DNA of 64,000 bases from Flectonema sp. DT1601 (Eukaryota), in contig OZ025805.1 in NCBI GenBank assembly GCA_964019425.1, positions 186,001-250,000 on the forward strand, in the 5' to 3' direction. The notes beneath the pieces were generated by a model, which saw nothing but the letters and a program-made list of their open reading frames with translations, did not search any database and was not told the origin of the DNA. The stretch's first letter is position 1, and every line of letters begins with the position of its first letter. The position numbers were made by a program, and so were the translations under genes. Positions 47,159-57,971 of this stretch are shown piece after piece.

Positions 47159-48432
47159 ATGACAAACTCAATTTTCCGTCTTGGCGAGAAATTTCAACGC
47201 GATACCTCAATCAGTGGTTATGACTACTTTATGATCATTGATGTTCAGAAGGGCACATCGATCACGGGATCCGATATTGAGAAGCACAACAGCTTCGTAT
47301 TCACATCACAGGATATGGTTAGCTGGCTGCTTCCATCACGTGGGTATCTGAAAGTTAGTTGTTACATAGCAAAGAGCTTTGGGGTTGACTTCACAGGGGG
47401 TGAACATGCTACATTGGCAAGTAACATTCTCAAGATCTTCAAACGGAAGAAGCTAACAGCAAATGGAACCATTGTAGAGGATATTCCTGATTGGTATCAG
47501 CACGTTGGTAATGTTGAGACACTCGTTAACTTCAGACATCAGACAATGAAGACGATTGGTAGTCATATGTTTATTGAAGAACAAGATAAGAGATTAGCTC
47601 GCACGGGTGTTGGCAAGGTTATTCATTGTAGTATTCCTCTTTCCCTTCTATTCAGTCTACACAAATGGCATGACAAGGTATTCAACAACATCAGCTTCGA
47701 GTATAGCTTTGAGATTAACGCCAACGATGGCTTACTTGTGAAGGAGACAGCAGGAGGTGAGGGTAAGGTATTCTGGAATGGCGCTGGTATTGAGTTATGG
47801 ATGCCGAAGGTTACCCCCAGCGTGGGACCCTTAGCAGGTCTTCTGAGCTATAAGAATAAAAAGCAGACAGTCCAAGTAACCTATGAGGATTGTGAAATTA
47901 GGAGACAGCAACATGTGGGTGCTAGCACCGGTATCAACTGGCCTATCTCAACTAAAGCAGCAACAGCGATTAAGCGAGTATTTATCTTCGCAAAGCCCGA
48001 AAGAGCCGATCATACTGTAGAACCCTTGCAGTATGGAGATCTGGGAATCAACCGTCTGAGTGTAGAACTAAATGGTACGAAGATTCCCAACCAGGACTAT
48101 GTTATGAACTTTACACGTGATGATTGGACAAAGCCATACTTTGAATTCCTGGCTGCTAACGATGCTTACAACGAGCCAATGCTTAATGCTTATGATACAT
48201 CTGGAATTGTGAGCTATGAAGATTTCGGAAAGGAACCCATCTTCTGCATCGATCTGACCGGTACCACAAAGCAAGGAGATGTTACAGCAAATCAATCAAC
48301 ACCCTAACTGTTAATATTGAGCGAACTGCTGGTGTTGTAAATTTCGACCTGTTTGCACTCATCTACTATGACAAGAGTATGGAATTTAACCTTTTGAGTA
48401 GTGTTGTTAGGTCAAAGACCGTTGAGTATTAA
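47159..48432 (+). CDS. Polinton/Maverick-type double jelly-roll major capsid protein, with a frameshift near 48290
   Basis: N-terminus DTSISGYDY...QDMVSWLLPSRGYLKV; NILKIFKRKKLTANGTIVEDI; IPLSLLF; IELWMPKVTPS; LSVELNGTKIPNQDYVMNF; YEDFGKEPIFCIDLT. The expected C-terminal strands (TLTVNIE...FALIYYDKSMEFN...VEY*) continue in the -1 frame to TAA at 48430-48432. TATATAAA lies just upstream of the ATG. Confidence 0.85.
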
Positions 48433-48776
48433 GTGATTGTACATGATTTGAATAGATTCTTGATATTGCACCACACCTCGCATATACAATCATTGTTTTT
48501 GGGACTGACTGTTATGGTTTGACGGACAGATACCGCTTTGACCCTATCTGCTGTTTGTGTTATGTTTCTGCTCATTTTCTAAAAAGCAATGTCTTCTCGT
48601 TTTGGAGTTCATGCACCGACAATTCTTCCAAAGGCAGAGCTTCCCCAAGAACTCGTTGTTTTAACTTTCCTTAATGATTCGTTTTTGTTTTTGTTTTTGT
48701 TAAATAGTAGTAATGAAATCTATCGTATTATGTTATTTACTGTTACCCAAATTGAATTGTAATCTCCTCAAAACAG

Positions 48777-50249
48777 ATGGACACCACAGATGCTTTGCTT
48801 CAGGAACTTCAAGCTGGGCTTTATGATCCATTAGGTGATTCATATTTAGGAGAACCCTCATCGATAACATCTATTGGTAGAGGTAGCAGAATACCAATTA
48901 GAACACCAACACCAACTCAAAGAGGGAATGTCTTACCCAATGGATTCATTCCTTTTATTGAAGCTGATGAGGATGAACTTCCTGGAGCTGGAGCTGGAAG
49001 AGGACATAGATCTCCATATCAACCATTCCAATTACCAATTCAAAGAGAAGCAGAACCACCAGCTGCTAAACGAACTTATAATATAGCACCGAATCCATCA
49101 ACAAGAGTTGTTAGGATACGTCCTTCTGATGATGGAAACAGAGACAGAAGTCCAAGTAAAGGTTATCGAGCAGCTGCTGGTGAGTATAGCGAATTTTGGC
49201 ATCGAGGACCAGCACCTGTTAGACGTGAGAATTGGGCTCGTGAAGCAGCGGCAAGTCCAGTTCTTGCTCGTGATTTCCACAACACGGAATTCCTATCAAA
49301 TCGCGTAAACCAAACTACCAACTACAGTGATATAGTTACAGCTGCTAATGATGTTCACAACATAGGACTTCAAGGAACTTGGTCAACCAGAGGATGGCTT
49401 GGCGCAAAAACAGGCGAATCACAACTCCCTGGGAACCGACAAGAACGAATCCTCCACGCAATCGACACTTTAGAAATGGCATCTACTAAACAAGGTCCTA
49501 TGCAGGATGACTATTCAGATTTTGCTCTAAAAGCAGATTTCATGCCAGCTCAGTTAATTATTACAACAGGTGAGGATGGTCAGCCACCACACTACCAACA
49601 GAGTGGTAGAGACAACTACCCAGAGTACTACGAAGATGATGAGACTGAGGAAGAACTACCTCAAGCGGAACTTGAATCCCTTGAAGAAGCTACAGATCCT
49701 CAAGAAATTAATTACTACGATCAGCTACTGCGTTTTCGTGTAGACATGGATACTTACAGAAAAGATAACCCTACTGACTACCCTGATTATTTGAGAAAAG
49801 TAGTTGCTGCTGGTCTTCCTAGAGAACACCACGAGTACTTTCGTCAACAAATAAAAGAAATAGATGACAACGGTGGAGAATTACCGGAAGTATCCAGAAA
49901 GAAATACAAAAAGGAAAGAAAGCGTAAAAAGAATGAAGCTGCAGAAAAACAAGCCGCTGATCGAGCCAACCATCCTGACCTTACCAGATCAAACAGCAAA
50001 GGGAAGAAAGACAGAAAAAATAAAAAAGAGAAGAAGGAGAAGTCAAGCAATCCTATTGAGAAATACACCGATAAAAAGGCCAAGAAGGCAAAAAAGGAAC
50101 TTGAAAAATCAATGAAGCCTGACAAGCTGCTGAAGAAAGCAAGAAAATCTGACGGGTTCGCTGATGCCCAGGAAGAGGCTGGCAAAGCATTTGAGGGTTT
50201 GGAAGAAAATACCAATGATAAACTCGGGGGATTTGGTGGGATGTTTTAA
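48777..50249 (+). CDS. Hypothetical protein, 490 aa (acidic middle, Lys-rich C-terminus); possible upstream exon 48589 to about 48654
   Basis: Long open frame with natural codon usage. The ATG is directly preceded by CAG, and an upstream ATG segment (MSSRFGVHAPTILPKAELPQEL) is followed by an in-phase GT and a T-rich tract. Confidence 0.7.
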   Translation: MDTTDALLQELQAGLYDPLGDSYLGEPSSITSIGRGSRIPIRTPTPTQRGNVLPNGFIPFIEADEDELPGAGAGRGHRSPYQPFQLPIQREAEPPAAKRTYNIAPNPSTRVVRIRPSDDGNRDRSPSKGYRAAAGEYSEFWHRGPAPVRRENWAREAAASPVLARDFHNTEFLSNRVNQTTNYSDIVTAANDVHNIGLQGTWSTRGWLGAKTGESQLPGNRQERILHAIDTLEMASTKQGPMQDDYSDFALKADFMPAQLIITTGEDGQPPHYQQSGRDNYPEYYEDDETEEELPQAELESLEEATDPQEINYYDQLLRFRVDMDTYRKDNPTDYPDYLRKVVAAGLPREHHEYFRQQIKEIDDNGGELPEVSRKKYKKERKRKKNEAAEKQAADRANHPDLTRSNSKGKKDRKNKKEKKEKSSNPIEKYTDKKAKKAKKELEKSMKPDKLLKKARKSDGFADAQEEAGKAFEGLEENTNDKLGGFGGMF

Positions 50250-50740
50250 ATAAAATATACTTTTTTGATTTTTCACCAAGCCTATCAATTGAAATTCAAA
50301 CGTATAACACCACCGTTTGTGGTCGCCTATTATTACTATTTTTTTTGTACTGTTCATGTGTATGTTGTTGTTATTGTTGGTGGGGATTAGAGATCCTGAA
50401 AAGAAACTAACTAAATAAGTAAACCGAAAGAAGGTTGACGGTGACAATTTTGAGAAATTTTGATTAAAAAAAAAGAAAAAAAAAAAAAAATCGAAATTTT
50501 CTTTTTCTTTGTTAATCTTATTCATATGGGTCAAGACAATCTGTAAAACGGTAGATTTACTTTCTGATATTCATTTCTGTTCCAAAACTTATTTTAAAGA
50601 AAAAAAAAAAAAAAAAAAAAAATTAAGTTTTTTTTTCCCCCTGATTCTAGACATTATTATTGTTATTATTATTATTTTTTCCTCTCAATTCTAATTCCCT
50701 TCTTTTTTTTTTTTCCAGTACCCTTTCTCAGTCAATAACA

Positions 50741-53700
50741 ATGACAACGAGACGGGTTGCATCCCGTTCCAGGAGGGAGAATGGGGGTGCTGTTCCTCCT
50801 TACCGTGAACCATCAACGCAGAGGTCTCTGTCTAGAGAACGAAGCTTCACAGCACCGAGTAAGAAGGAGGCTGTCTATGTTTGTCCGAGATTCGCCCCGT
50901 CTCGTGATGGTGGTGATGTTCTTGACTTTGATGTAAATGGGGGAGAACTAACCATAAATCACCACACTGAAACCCAAGATGGAAAACAAGACATTGAAAA
51001 ACGACGATACAGATTCGCTCATGTTTTCGATTCGGATACTTCAGAAGATCAAATTTTTGACCAACTCTGGGACCAATCGAAAGACAAAATCACTTCTGGA
51101 TACAACTCAACTATTCTATGTTATGGTCAAACTGGTAGTGGAAAGACTCACACCGTAAGTAACCTATTACCAAGACTAACCACCGCTTGTTTTGATTGGA
51201 TTGCTGAGGAACAATCAAATTCGGAAGTCTCTTTTAAAGTAGAGCTGTCATACCTTCAAATATACATGGACAATGTCTATGATCTATTGGCTGGATCAAA
51301 TGACGCTAAGAGAGGAGAAGTGTTAAATCATAAAGGGAAAACGTTGGATTCTCTTCCAAAGGGTTTCGTTGATGTTAGTTCTCCGAGAGAAATTTTATCT
51401 CTGGTCAAGACTGGTAATAAATGGAGAGCGACGAATGCTCACGCGCTTAACGACCATTCATCTAGAAGTCATACTTTGTTTTTTTTGACAATGTCAAAAA
51501 ATGATAAAAAAAGTCAAGTATACACCCAATCTACTCTACTGGTAGTGGATCTCGCTGGATCAGAACGGGTTCACAAGACAAAAACAACCGGAGATGCCTT
51601 TGAAGAAGGCCGTGCTATAAACAAAGCCCTAACCACACTAGGAAGGGTAATGGAAGGCCTATCAAGGTCTGATAAGTCAATTCCGTATAGAGAAAATATC
51701 CTCACAATGTATCTAAAGGAAACCTTAACAAACTCATTCTTTGCTCTCGTCTGTTGCTGTTCGAGTGATGACAATAATAGTGATGAGACGAGGTGTACTT
51801 TAAAGTTTGGTTCTGTCGCAAAACAAATTCAAATAACTAGAAAAACAAATGATCAATTGAAAGCCAGAATTCAAGCAAAGGAGAGGAAAGCAGTCTTTGA
51901 TCAAACAATTACAGATCTTAGCAATAGACATCAAGTTGAAAAAGACGATATTCAAAAGAAATATAACACTTTGACAGCTGATTTTAAACAAGAAGCAACT
52001 CACAGAAGAAAACTTGAACAGACGTTGAATTACAGTGAATCTGAAAGGAAAGAACTTTTGACTAGTTTACAGACATTGGAAAGGGATTCTACTTATCTGC
52101 AATCCTTGGTATCGACATTACAACAGGAAAGTAAAAAGAAGGACGATCTTCTGTCTGAATTGTCAACAGATGCAAAGCAAAAAGAAAACCTAATGAACAC
52201 TGAAATGTCAACTCTACGTGAGACTCATGCGGATCTCAGAAGTAAACTGTCAGAGGCATCTCAACAAGTTGCTACAACCGATGATTTAAAGCTAACTAAC
52301 ACAAACTTGTTGACTGACATCGCAGCACTCGCCTCAGCAAAGGAAGTTCTTCAAGCAAATGCTTCAATGTTGGAAATTAGAATTACAGATGCGAATACTG
52401 AGGTTGAGGAACAATCCAAAGCCAGAGAGTCACTTGAAAAAAACATCATCGAATTACAAGACACTCTGGACACAAAAGAAACAGAAGCTTCACTAATGCT
52501 GAGTACCCAACAAGATCTTACGAAACAACTTCAGCAGGTTAATGACATCGTTGAAGCAGAACAGGTTAAGGTATCGACTTTGAAAAAAGATATTTCTCAG
52601 AGAGAGGTAAATTCAAAATCACTCAGAGCGACTCTGACTAATTTGAGTAACGAATTGTTACAAAAAGAAGAGGAATTAGCGAAATCTGAATCAATCGCAA
52701 ACAATGAGCGTTCGTGTAAAAAAGATCTTCAAAGACAGGTTTTGGACCACTCAGATGCTAAACAAGAATTCGAACAAACAATTCGACTAAAAGAACTCGA
52801 CATCTCTAGATTGGTAGCGTCTCAGCAAAACCTTCATAACAAAATAACAAATCTCCAACACAGTTGCGATGAAAAAGTAAAAATTGAACAAAAACTGACA
52901 TCTCTACAGTCAGATCACAATAGAATTACCCAACAGATTGCGTCTCAGAAAAAGATTCATCATGAAAATACGAAAATTTTGGAGGACCATATTTCAAACA
53001 TGGAAAGGAAGCAAACATCACTTCAGAATCAACTTCATCAGTCGGAAAACCTTCGCGATGAGGAAGTCACAAATCTTCAGACTGCATACCATGAGATAAC
53101 CCAACTGATTGACAGAGAAAAACAACGCTACGCTGTTGAGTCAAACCGTCTTCATTCTCACATCAATACTTTAGAAGAGTCACAGGATGATTTAGAAACT
53201 CTCGTTGCGCAACTTACTCAGGGAAAAACCGAATCAAACGTAAAAATGAGCGAACTACAAGAACAACTCACCTCTGTTAAAAGAGAGAGAGAAACAGAAG
53301 AAAGTAAATACAAAGAACATACGCTCTACCTGGAGAGAGTCGTTGATAACCTTGAATTGGAACAGAGCAATGCGAATGACAGATTAGACGAGTTAAAGAG
53401 CAGAGCTGCTGAACATCAACTGATGGAAAAAGAAAAACATGCGAGTGATGTATCTGTTTTGGAACTTGAAATATCAAAACTGCAAAACTCACTTGACGAA
53501 GCTGCTGTAAATCAAAAACAAGCTCATCAACGTCACGAGCTTTATCACTCTGTGAATAACGCGAAGATCATAAAACTTGAATCTCAGGCTTCTCAGTTGG
53601 AAGCCGAAAAGGAATCTGCTGAAGCTTTCAACAAGGAAATCATCACCATCCACACACAGAAATCTGATCACTTAAAGTCTGTTATAAAATCATTGGAAGA

Positions 53701-55921
53701 AGCTCAGGTTAATTCTCAAGCTCAGATTAGTCATTTTAAAACAGCTTTTTCAGAAACTACGTCACAAGTTGTAAAAATTACTAATGAAAAACAATCAGCG
53801 ACAACTGAACTTAATAAAACTATTTCAAACTTACAATCTGATTGTATTCAGCTAAAGGAAGTCATGGCTACTGTAGAAGAACAGAACAACCTCCAATTGT
53901 CAAGTCTTACTGTTGAAAATCAAAACATCAACAACACTGTTAAGCAGTACGTTATCGAACAAGAATCACTTAAACAGACTCAAAGTAAGTTAGAAAAATT
54001 AATTACCAAAACTCAAGAAGAGAAGGAAACAGTTGAATTGTCCTGCAACAGGCATTTGGAACATAAAAAACAACTCTTGGAGTCTCATAATCAGTTAAAA
54101 GACCTTTATGAAATATTATTGTCTGACTATGATAAAACAAAAACTGATGCTCTCGGTATACATGAGCTCTACATGGACTTGGAAGTCGAACTCGCAAGTG
54201 AAGGTGAAGAAAAAAATCGACTTCAAGAAACAACAGCAGACTTACACCAGCAACTTGACATCCTCAATAATCAAAAAATAAAAACTGAAGAGAGAGTTCA
54301 ATCATTACAAAATATGTCTGATCATTTATCTACTAAATTACAGATTGCTACAACCGCAAGAGACACAGCAGTCGGTGAAATTGATAATTTGAACGGTTTA
54401 TTAGCTGACATAAAATCACAATACCACCAACAACTCATCTACGCAAAAGAAGCCAAACTAAGAGAAACAAACCTCGAAAATGTAATCACGTCCTGTGAGC
54501 AAAACTTAGAAGCAAAGCGAGTGCAATGCCAGGAGTTGAATGACCAGCTGTTGGAACAGACTGCTATACTGGAAACGTCTGTCGTGTTATCTCCTCAGGA
54601 AAAACAACTCCTCGAGGATGAGATCTTCATCAGTAAACAAGAATTACAGAAATCACACAAAGCAGCACTAGCGATGGAGAATGAGCTTACTGTCCTACTT
54701 AACCGACATGAAGCTGCGGTCACACTCAGCGAATCTCAATCAAAAAAATGTAATCAACTAAATGCTGAATGTGTAAGTGGTATTCACGAACTTAAATTAG
54801 CGCAAGCATCCCTTCAAACTCTTGAAAAATCAAACCGACAGATTAAACATGCTCATGCTAAGCTAGTCTTGCGTACCAAAGAAATCAGAGCCAATGAGGC
54901 TGAAATTCATAAGTTGCAGACATATAAAGTTCAAGCCACTCGATTAGAACAAAAAGTATCATCGTTGACATCGACAAACAAAACGTTAAATCAAAAATCA
55001 AAGGCCAACCATACTGAGACACACCGTCTTAAGAAAGAAGTTCATTACAAAGAACGTGAGCTTCAGGAGATGCGTGCTAAGCTTGATAGAGCTAACAGAA
55101 TGAATGCCGATTTAAAGCATTTGTCAGATGCAAAAATACAACAACTCGAAAAGAACGTTGTTCATTTGTCGCAAACAGTTCAGGGGCAGGGAAGATGTAT
55201 TGCGGGATACGAAGGGAAGATAAAAGAATCTGAGAAAGACGGATTTTTATTAAAACACATGGTTGGTAAACAAGAGTCACACCATTATCAAAAAAAGGGA
55301 ACTGGTCTCGGAATAGGACAGCGATTCTCATCATCACCTGAACAACAATACATCAGAAGACAGACTAGACCTGAATCTGTTTCACGGAGTGTGAGTAGCT
55401 TCTGTTCAGGTGGTAGCCAACCATCACCAGGAAGGTCAGTTTCTTCGAGTTATTTCGCTCCTCCTCCACCTTCGGATTCTCATTTTGGATTTCAATCAAA
55501 TTCATTTGGGAAATCCATTACTCAAAATTTTAAAAAACCAGTTCAATCCTCAACAAGAAGTCCTTCACCTATGTCGTCAAGTAAATACAACGTTAGATCA
55601 TCTGGGTATGGACAGCCTGTTAGTCGGTCTTTGTCTCCAGGAGGGATGACTTTTGGTAAAACCAGTTTACGAAACTTAATGAACCAAAAGAGTTCAAAAA
55701 GAACAACATCGCCAACAAGTAGAGGATTTGGTATAACAAGCATGGCTTCTATTTCATCAAAACAATCATCTGGTTATGGTCGACCAGTTGTGAGTAAGTC
55801 TCGTTCAATATCACCAGAAATCAGACGACCTTATGGATGGAAAGAAACCTTCTCAAGAGAGTCATCTCCTGTATTCGTATCACGAGTTCCTTCAAGGGCT
55901 CGTAGCCGTTCTCCGGCATAG
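50741..55921 (+). CDS. Kinesin-like protein: N-terminal motor, long coiled-coil stalk, Ser/Arg/Pro-rich tail (about 1726 aa)
   Basis: P-loop YGQTGSGKTHT, SYLQIYMDNVYDLL, switch I NDHSSRSH, switch II VDLAGSER, INKAL..LGRV, IPYRE..LT..L, ETRCTLKFG. Probable start ATG 50741 after a polypyrimidine-CAG acceptor at 50718. Confidence 0.95.
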   Translation: MTTRRVASRSRRENGGAVPPYREPSTQRSLSRERSFTAPSKKEAVYVCPRFAPSRDGGDVLDFDVNGGELTINHHTETQDGKQDIEKRRYRFAHVFDSDTSEDQIFDQLWDQSKDKITSGYNSTILCYGQTGSGKTHTVSNLLPRLTTACFDWIAEEQSNSEVSFKVELSYLQIYMDNVYDLLAGSNDAKRGEVLNHKGKTLDSLPKGFVDVSSPREILSLVKTGNKWRATNAHALNDHSSRSHTLFFLTMSKNDKKSQVYTQSTLLVVDLAGSERVHKTKTTGDAFEEGRAINKALTTLGRVMEGLSRSDKSIPYRENILTMYLKETLTNSFFALVCCCSSDDNNSDETRCTLKFGSVAKQIQITRKTNDQLKARIQAKERKAVFDQTITDLSNRHQVEKDDIQKKYNTLTADFKQEATHRRKLEQTLNYSESERKELLTSLQTLERDSTYLQSLVSTLQQESKKKDDLLSELSTDAKQKENLMNTEMSTLRETHADLRSKLSEASQQVATTDDLKLTNTNLLTDIAALASAKEVLQANASMLEIRITDANTEVEEQSKARESLEKNIIELQDTLDTKETEASLMLSTQQDLTKQLQQVNDIVEAEQVKVSTLKKDISQREVNSKSLRATLTNLSNELLQKEEELAKSESIANNERSCKKDLQRQVLDHSDAKQEFEQTIRLKELDISRLVASQQNLHNKITNLQHSCDEKVKIEQKLTSLQSDHNRITQQIASQKKIHHENTKILEDHISNMERKQTSLQNQLHQSENLRDEEVTNLQTAYHEITQLIDREKQRYAVESNRLHSHINTLEESQDDLETLVAQLTQGKTESNVKMSELQEQLTSVKRERETEESKYKEHTLYLERVVDNLELEQSNANDRLDELKSRAAEHQLMEKEKHASDVSVLELEISKLQNSLDEAAVNQKQAHQRHELYHSVNNAKIIKLESQASQLEAEKESAEAFNKEIITIHTQKSDHLKSVIKSLEEAQVNSQAQISHFKTAFSETTSQVVKITNEKQSATTELNKTISNLQSDCIQLKEVMATVEEQNNLQLSSLTVENQNINNTVKQYVIEQESLKQTQSKLEKLITKTQEEKETVELSCNRHLEHKKQLLESHNQLKDLYEILLSDYDKTKTDALGIHELYMDLEVELASEGEEKNRLQETTADLHQQLDILNNQKIKTEERVQSLQNMSDHLSTKLQIATTARDTAVGEIDNLNGLLADIKSQYHQQLIYAKEAKLRETNLENVITSCEQNLEAKRVQCQELNDQLLEQTAILETSVVLSPQEKQLLEDEIFISKQELQKSHKAALAMENELTVLLNRHEAAVTLSESQSKKCNQLNAECVSGIHELKLAQASLQTLEKSNRQIKHAHAKLVLRTKEIRANEAEIHKLQTYKVQATRLEQKVSSLTSTNKTLNQKSKANHTETHRLKKEVHYKERELQEMRAKLDRANRMNADLKHLSDAKIQQLEKNVVHLSQTVQGQGRCIAGYEGKIKESEKDGFLLKHMVGKQESHHYQKKGTGLGIGQRFSSSPEQQYIRRQTRPESVSRSVSSFCSGGSQPSPGRSVSSSYFAPPPPSDSHFGFQSNSFGKSITQNFKKPVQSSTRSPSPMSSSKYNVRSSGYGQPVSRSLSPGGMTFGKTSLRNLMNQKSSKRTTSPTSRGFGITSMASISSKQSSGYGRPVVSKSRSISPEIRRPYGWKETFSRESSPVFVSRVPSRARSRSPA

Positions 55922-56575
55922 GGTTGGTATTTTTATGTTTTGTTTTGTATTTTTTTTTTCTCGCCTTATTCCTCCCCTCTTTCCAAATTTTTTTTTTAAT
56001 AAAGTAACTACACTCCAGACTTGCTATCTGAAAGTGATTCAAATCTCAATAATTTGACTGATTGACTTCTTCTCCATAACTGGTGATGAGAGAATAGAGG
56101 TAACTGAGTGCTCATGAGAATTTAATAGTTACTATCACCGTCGAGTGTATCATTAACAGGGTTGTGTTAAATTATCGTCTTTGAAGTTACGATCCACTTA
56201 GTTAGTAGTGTTTTGATATTAAAAAAAAAAAAAAAACAATCCACTTTCTTGTGCTATAGGTTTCTGTGGTGCACTTTTTTTTTGTTTGTTTGTTTGTTTA
56301 TTTTCTTCCCTCTTTGTTTATGTTCTCTTTCTGTATTTTTTTTTTTTTTTGAAAAATCCGTCTTCCCCCTTGCATTTTTTACTATTATACAATTGAAAGA
56401 AAAACAAGTAATAATACTCGGTGGTCTAATGGACTTGCTAGCTAACTAACAAATAATAACCAAAAACCAACTTGCATACTTAGGTTGGTTTTTTTTTGTG
56501 TGCTGTGAACACACAATTTAGTTTACTTTAATAGTAAGTAAGAGTCACTCAGTTTATTAATTTACTGAAGTGATT

Positions 56576-56638
56576 AGTAGTCAGATGTTCTACTGTTTGT
56601 GAAGTAGTCAGATGTTCTACTGTTTGTGAAGTAGTCAG
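56576..56638. repeat. 27-bp tandem duplication (2.3 copies)
   Basis: AGTAGTCAGATGTTCTACTGTTTGTGA x2 plus AGTAGTCAG. Confidence 0.9.
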
Positions 56639-57936
56639 TCAGCTGATTATTTACGTGATTTGATTTATTCGAAACGCGTATATTGAAAAAAAGGTTTCTG
56701 AAATTATTCATTCTCTCTTTACATTTCTTTAGTGTGATGATTTTCTTTTTTTTTAGTGTGTTGGTTGTCGCGCGGGTTTGCTCTTGCGCTGACTATTTTC
56801 CTCCTTCATCCAACCTTACCTTTGATTTATTTATCCAAATCCACCCATGGCACTCAAATGAAGTTAAGTCTTCTGCCAAAAAAACGTTTTCACGGTACTC
56901 TTGTTGGTGTTTTTTCCTACATTGTTTAAAAAACTATCCATTTTTTTTTTTTATATTTTCATTTTGCGGGGGTTATCAAAGTTGCCCTTCCTACATCATT
57001 GATTATGGTGTAGAGTCTTTTATGACGTTTTTACGGAGTGTTTTATTTATCATCGTTATTACTACTCACGACACTGTGAATGTGTTTATTCTTGTCTTAA
57101 GGCACTAGCTACTTAGCGGCTGTGATGAGTTGGTTACGTAAGTCTGTCACACTCATACAGTCGGCTGGCAATATTGGCCGATGGTGTGTTCGGTGGACTC
57201 CGACTCAAAAATTATTATTTTTTTTTAAATTTTTTTTTATTATTATTATGTCTGGCTACCTACCCAGTAAACTGTACTTGAAAATATACAAAAAAATTCC
57301 GGAAATTATTTATGCTGATTTTTTTTTTTCCCCCACACTTGTGGGTGCCAAAAAAAAAAAAAAAAAAAAAATTCCGGTGAGAGCAAAAACTCTTTACACA
57401 AAGAAGTATTATTGTACAGAAAAAAAAAAAAAAAAAAAAAAATCCTGACTTCCTTTATTTTTATTATTTATTTGAATTGGCAGTTTTTAGCTGTGATGTC
57501 GGAGAGGGGACTTACGACCCTACTGAGGTTGTGAGAATCCGTGCCGTCATTAAACCAGTCCTGTTAGCCTGACTGCCTTATTAACACTTGTTGCTTGTAA
57601 CTGAGGGACAATCTTGAAGAAAAAAAATAATAATAACACTACATGTTAAAGAGTTTCTGTCTTCCGAAATATTTTGAGATATCAGTTTGGCGATTTTCCC
57701 CCAAAAAGCTACTCAGTTCTTTTTAATCATTTGATTAATTAGTATTCTGTTGTTTGTTGGAAGGATTTTACTCAGCTGGTTTCTTTTTTTGTTTTGTTTT
57801 CAAATTATTTTTTTTAGCAGTAAGTGTGGAATATTTTTTTTTTTTGGTATTTAAAATTTTTTTATTTTTTAATACCTATATATTCTGGATCTGTCCATTT
57901 ACTATAAGGTTACATTAAAGCTGCGCACATTCTCTT

Positions 57937-57971
<35 letters not shown>

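Noticed and set aside
44619..48307. Tyrosine recombinase as the integrase of the capsid-encoding virus
   Set aside because: The YR is coupled to an RT by TAATG, has much higher GC, and is separated from the penton by Z and Y repeat fragments, so they are separate elements.
50660..50740. N-terminal extension of the kinesin ORF in the track
   Set aside because: It starts at TTG and runs through a poly-T acceptor tract; ATG 50741 is the plausible start.
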